A stretch of 64,000 nucleotides of DNA, from positions 8,773 to 72,772 of the forward strand of contig CAZLEV010000014.1 of assembly GCA_964558645.1 (NCBI GenBank), in the 5' to 3' direction. The stretch is from an uncultured archaeon. GTDB lineage: Archaea > Asgardarchaeota > Thorarchaeia > Thorarchaeales > Thorarchaeaceae. Below are positions 60,099 through 64,000 of the stretch, one piece after another (the first letter of the stretch is position 1; each line of letters starts with the position of its first letter). The notes beneath the pieces were generated by a model. That model had not been told where the DNA came from. It saw nothing but the letters and a program-made list of their open reading frames with translations, and searched no databases. The translations under genes were made by a program, and so were the position numbers.

Positions 60099-60275
60099 CT
60101 ATTCCTCAGGCCGGAAGTAGTATCCCAAGGCGTCAAGCATGAAGCCGCACTTTCGGTTCACACACTTCCATGTCGTGTCTCTCTCCTCCTCGGCGCTGAA
60201 AGGTACCATACCGTTGCCGCATTCTGGACATCTTGGACATAGTGAAATCCTCACCGAGCTTTCTTCTCTCTTCAT
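60099..60275 (-). CDS. Small Zn-ribbon protein (58 aa), absent from the ORF track
   Basis: GGAGGTGA SD; MKREESSVRISLCPRCPECGNGM...WKCVNRKCGF. Confidence 0.7.
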   Translation of the reverse strand: MKREESSVRISLCPRCPECGNGMVPFSAEEERDTTWKCVNRKCGFMLDALGYYFRPEE

Positions 60276-60325
60276 CTAGTCACCTCCTTGTATTCTCTTT
60301 TTACCCATTTCGGGATTGCAACCCG

Positions 60326-60640
60326 TCACGTCGATTCATCTTCAATCTCGTCAAGATGCTTGTTCAGTCTTTCAATCTATCCATCAACTTCATCAATCTT
60401 CTGAAGAATATCAGCTGCCAGCTCTTCCTCATCCTGTAGTAGGGCGATTAGATGGATGCCTCTCAACAGGGCTTGATTCTTGGTCATGGCTCTTGCAAGA
60501 GCACGAAGTTGAATATCAGGAGGATTCAGAGGTCTATCTCTTACGACAGACACATAGAAAAGAGTTTCAGTCCTTGCCCTCCTGTCTGCTATCTCGCCTA
60601 TGGAATTCCATCAGGTGGCAGTAAAGTGCCAGATTCTCAT
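60326..60640 (-). pseudogene. Coiled-coil protein with two internal stops
   Basis: ATG 10 nt after the upstream stop; internal TGA at 60611-60613 and TAG at 60377-60379; heptad pattern continues across the TAG. Confidence 0.5.
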
Positions 60641-60650
60641 AATGTGATTT

Positions 60651-60950
60651 CTAGAGATCGGCCCCACACTTCTGGCAACGCGTTAGCCCTTGTTCGGTCT
60701 TTCCGCCACAGAAGGGGCATATGATGAAGACCCGAGCCGCCTTCTCATCCGATAGCATCTCCTCCAGAGTGGAACTTCCAACTATCTTGTACCTCTCGGC
60801 CATCAGACGATAGATCTTCTTTCCATAGTCGTTCAGGAAGTACCTTGTCCTCTCCTTGCCGTCCGAGTCGGTGCGTACAAGCGTTCCAATCATCTTATGG
60901 TCCCAGAGGAACTTCCAGAGTGAGTAGATATCATCATCGAGGTTTCTCAA
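60651..60950 (-). CDS. Wing-like motif plus C-terminal zinc ribbon protein
   Basis: TRYFLNDYGK; CPFCG...CQKCGADL. Confidence 0.7.
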   Translation of the reverse strand: MRNLDDDIYSLWKFLWDHKMIGTLVRTDSDGKERTRYFLNDYGKKIYRLMAERYKIVGSSTLEEMLSDEKAARVFIICPFCGGKTEQGLTRCQKCGADL

Positions 60951-61350
60951 TCCGATCTCCCTGACCTCTCGTGGTGCTGATAACTTAAGAGTGTTTCATC
61001 CAGATTGAGTAGTGCTCAGCCACTCCGCAGCAAGCAGTTATCTATTCTCTTGCTTAGAGGACACGTGGGTACTGGAACTGAAACACCTCTACTCAAGTCG
61101 ACAATTGGAACCACGCTCTGAGGTCAACAGTACTAGTTCTTGAACGGATACAAACATGAGCAACTAAAAACACTAGAGATAACATCACCATAGGTGAACA
61201 CGCTAGCAGCCTAATCCGGAGGGCCTAACGTCGTCCCAAACAATCCAAGCCACGATACGGGCTCACTCGTTCCTTGACGGCGTCACATCGAAGAGGTGTC
61301 TTCCGCACATTCCTAGGCTAGCAACCGCGTGTAGCCGGTGCTAGCATGAC

Positions 61351-63570
61351 TCAGTAGTCGTAGTAGGCGTCAGAGTAGTAGTGGTCATCGCGTTCGTAGC
61401 CAGATCTCGCATGCGACTGACGGCGATGCCATAATGACTCTCTCTCCCGTAGCTCGACAATCCTCTGGTCGATCCTCTCATGATACTCCTCGGGAAGGTC
61501 TCTCCTGATGCTGCGGAGGCCATAAGAAGACATCGACCCGAGTATCCCCTCAATCGCCTCCTTGAGTGGCTGGCTCTGCAGGATGCCCGGGAACTGGTCG
61601 ATGCACTCCAAAATACAGGATGGGTACTCGATGTTCTTGAGAAGCGATACCACCGCCCGCTGGAACTCCTCGATCTGGCCCATCTCCGGATATCTGGCCA
61701 GACTACGAAGAACAGCATCGAACTCATACTCGGTCGAGTCCCAGTCCACCCAGAAACACCGGCATGCATTCTTCACGTCCGCCCAGTGCCTTTCAAGCAG
61801 CTTTGCAACAGCGGCCCGGACCCTTGCGTCACGCATCATGGTTGTGTTGTCTGTCACATGGTGAAGAGAGTCGATTGAGTCCAGTCCCCATTCGAGATAC
61901 TCTATCACAGCGTCGCAGATCCTCTGGTCTGCACTCAGCCCCGAATGGTCCTGGATTGCATGCAGGATATCTTCGGGACGCACTCCGTTCCTGATTGCAT
62001 CTGCAAGCCCCTCACGGATCATCTCGGAGTGGTAGAGCAGTGGGACCTTGGTGATGTCTGCCACATCGGAATACCGTGTGCGTTTGGCAGACTGAAGCTG
62101 CGTGGCCACACGGTGGAGTCGGGCCTCAGCTGTATCCTCAAACTGACCCTCCAGCAACCCCATCTTGTACACGTCTGCGATGACTCGTATCGGGTGGCGA
62201 CTCTTCTTCAGGGCTCTCAGAATGGCCTGTCGAATATCAGGATCTTGGAGTAGCGAGGGGTGGGTCTGAAGGATGCCACGGCAGGTCAGACCATTTCGCG
62301 ATCCGCCTATCAACCTCAACATCAGCTGGAAGAACTCATCGTTCTCTAAGAGGGAGGGGTTGTGTCGTACAAGCAGGTCCATATGGCGGTCACCATGCTG
62401 CTTGACAATCCTCTCGATGAGAGGCAGATTCTCCATGACAGCCGGTAGGGCTGTCGCTCCCATGCATGCAAGGTCCATCAACGGTTGGTAGCTGGAGCGG
62501 TCCTCTCTCTCCATCAGGCTGGCCAGAGCCTCTGCAGCCCGTGTATCGTGAGTGGTCCACAGCGCGTTCCTGGAAGCGTTTCTCTTGCTGTAGTTTTCAC
62601 AATCCACGTATTCCAGAAGCACATTCAAGGTATCAGGATGCTTCACACCCGCTATCGCCGTCAGCGCACGAGAGCCGAGCTCATGATGTTTCACAAAGGG
62701 GAGCAGGTGGTCGAAGGAGCTGGAGTGCCCGATTGCCGATAGTGCCCACATCACCCGCCAGATGACCGGGTTGTCCTCGGACTTCTGGAGTTGGGCATGG
62801 AGGATGGGAAGACTCCGGGAGTCAGCCAGATTCATCAGTTCCACTGCGGCCTTTATCTGAGTCTGCGGTCTTGCGACCACCAGTCTCATGCAGTTGAGAA
62901 GCACTCGACCCAGATGCTCAGAGCACTGGTGGAACGTGGAGGGAAGAAAGGAGGGGCACTTGGTCTTCGTCTTGAGTTGCCCGTTGAGAAGGTCGTCCAG
63001 GATTCCCTGTTCCTCTGGAGTGATCTGTCCCGTCACGAGTGCATAGCCGTAGTAGGTTCGGAGTATGTCATCGTGTGTGGGTCGGGTATCGAGGGCGAGG
63101 ACCTCTTCTCTCCGCTGGTCGTCTATCAGGGGAATGAGCTGCTCAAGCGGGGTCTTCCTCAGTGCCTCCCCCCGGATGAAATACGTGTTTCCGTTCTCTA
63201 TCTGAGTGCGAAGGACCTTCGGTGCCTTCCGCATCACCTTCCCTCGGAGCTCGCTCAGGCTGTGGGCCTTGAACCGTCCGAACATACGCAGGAGGTCGCC
63301 ATCGATATCCACCGGCATATCAAGGATGCTCAATAGTGCGTCCCGCAGGAGTCCAGGAGGGATGTAGTATACGTCGTGGTAGGTGAGTTGGAGGTGTCCC
63401 ATGTCCTTCCGTTGAGCAACCCTGCAGAACAGCGTGATGACCTCTTGCCAGCCAAGCTCCGCCAGCAGCTCGTCAACCACCTTGCATAGCTCAGCGTGTC
63501 TCCGCAGGTAGATCAGTCGAGCAAGGTCGGGTTCCACCGGGTTCAGTGGCGGGGTGAGTTCTGCAGTCAC
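61351..63570 (-). CDS. HEAT-repeat alpha-solenoid protein
   Basis: WALSAIG, ALTAIAG, AAEALASL HEAT/PBS-like units; helical repeats in the C-terminal half. Confidence 0.8.
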   Translation of the reverse strand: MTAELTPPLNPVEPDLARLIYLRRHAELCKVVDELLAELGWQEVITLFCRVAQRKDMGHLQLTYHDVYYIPPGLLRDALLSILDMPVDIDGDLLRMFGRFKAHSLSELRGKVMRKAPKVLRTQIENGNTYFIRGEALRKTPLEQLIPLIDDQRREEVLALDTRPTHDDILRTYYGYALVTGQITPEEQGILDDLLNGQLKTKTKCPSFLPSTFHQCSEHLGRVLLNCMRLVVARPQTQIKAAVELMNLADSRSLPILHAQLQKSEDNPVIWRVMWALSAIGHSSSFDHLLPFVKHHELGSRALTAIAGVKHPDTLNVLLEYVDCENYSKRNASRNALWTTHDTRAAEALASLMEREDRSSYQPLMDLACMGATALPAVMENLPLIERIVKQHGDRHMDLLVRHNPSLLENDEFFQLMLRLIGGSRNGLTCRGILQTHPSLLQDPDIRQAILRALKKSRHPIRVIADVYKMGLLEGQFEDTAEARLHRVATQLQSAKRTRYSDVADITKVPLLYHSEMIREGLADAIRNGVRPEDILHAIQDHSGLSADQRICDAVIEYLEWGLDSIDSLHHVTDNTTMMRDARVRAAVAKLLERHWADVKNACRCFWVDWDSTEYEFDAVLRSLARYPEMGQIEEFQRAVVSLLKNIEYPSCILECIDQFPGILQSQPLKEAIEGILGSMSSYGLRSIRRDLPEEYHERIDQRIVELRERESLWHRRQSHARSGYERDDHYYSDAYYDY

Positions 63571-63995
63571 GCTCTCCTCTCCCCTGTCCCCTGGTTGCTG
63601 ACATCGCTCTCTGTCAGCCTTGGAAGTATGTCAAGAGCAGGAATCGTCTCGATACAGTTCATCATGACCTCGCAGTCACAGTACCCACCATTCTCCCGGA
63701 GCCTGTCCTTGACCGTCTCCGCATCCAGCCCGTGTCTCTCGCAGAACTCGTCCACAGCCACCAGCGGCCCCGAACAAGAAAGGAGTGTCACACCGTTCTC
63801 CCGCCTTGTGCATCGTGAGTCAACGTACTCGAACAGGTCACCATAGGTCTTGACCTCCCTGTCTGCGAGCCCCCTCGCCACGCAGACGGAACACACCTGA
63901 TCTGCGGTGTCCCCTTCATCCACAAGGACCGGCTCGCCACACCTGACACACCGCGTCCAGTAGCATCCGTTGACGAGGGGCGGCACCAGTTCCAT
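63567..63995 (-). CDS. DUF2695-like protein with N-terminal Zn finger (start near window edge, uncertain)
   Basis: LRENGGYCDCEVMMN; CVRC...CSVC; GTGA overlap with the HEAT gene. Confidence 0.75.
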   Translation of the reverse strand: MELVPPLVNGCYWTRCVRCGEPVLVDEGDTADQVCSVCVARGLADREVKTYGDLFEYVDSRCTRRENGVTLLSCSGPLVAVDEFCERHGLDAETVKDRLRENGGYCDCEVMMNCIETIPALDILPRLTESDVSNQGTGERRA

Positions 63996-64000
63996 GTGGT

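Noticed and set aside
59353-60640. Genome-wide TAG (Pyl) or TGA (Sec) recoding
   Set aside because: Well-conserved genes here end at TAG or TGA at expected lengths; internal stops are confined to the decaying island
61335-61345. 11-mer CCGGTGCTAGC shared with the 2438 intergenic region
   Set aside because: A single 11-nt match in 64 kb is expected by chance and the flanks do not align

Overview
Archaeal DNA, very probably an Asgard archaeon of the Thorarchaeia type. This is inferred from longin/uDENN proteins, a longin-fused Arf-like GTPase, a giant Ig-repeat surface protein, archaeal thiolase/DUF35 genes and GGAGGTG-type SD sites. Bases 1-45150 are gene-dense backbone. They carry acyl-CoA/lipid genes (two thiolase-family proteins lacking the nucleophilic Cys, two DUF35 proteins, SCP2, ACAD, a biotin carboxyltransferase and BCCP), panB, leuBCD-like genes, a P-type ATPase, a GH36 enzyme, an MFS transporter, TPR proteins and a site-1-protease-like subtilase. 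At 25.4-37.7 kb on the minus strand is a cluster resembling eukaryotic trafficking/signalling proteins: a uDENN/longin-wHTH protein abutting a 2361-aa surface protein, then an operon of a longin-Arf-like GTPase, three coiled-coil proteins (one steadiness-box/SHOCT-like) and a wHTH protein. From about 45150 to the end is an accessory region. It holds an oversized 719-aa TnpB/Cas12-like nuclease with an intact RuvC triad next to a truncated host gene, a divergent 1882-aa PD-(D/E)xK nuclease/P-loop/TPR protein, a decayed IS5 and many fragments. No rRNA, tRNA or CRISPR array was recognised. All family calls come from motifs read by eye; no database searches were run.
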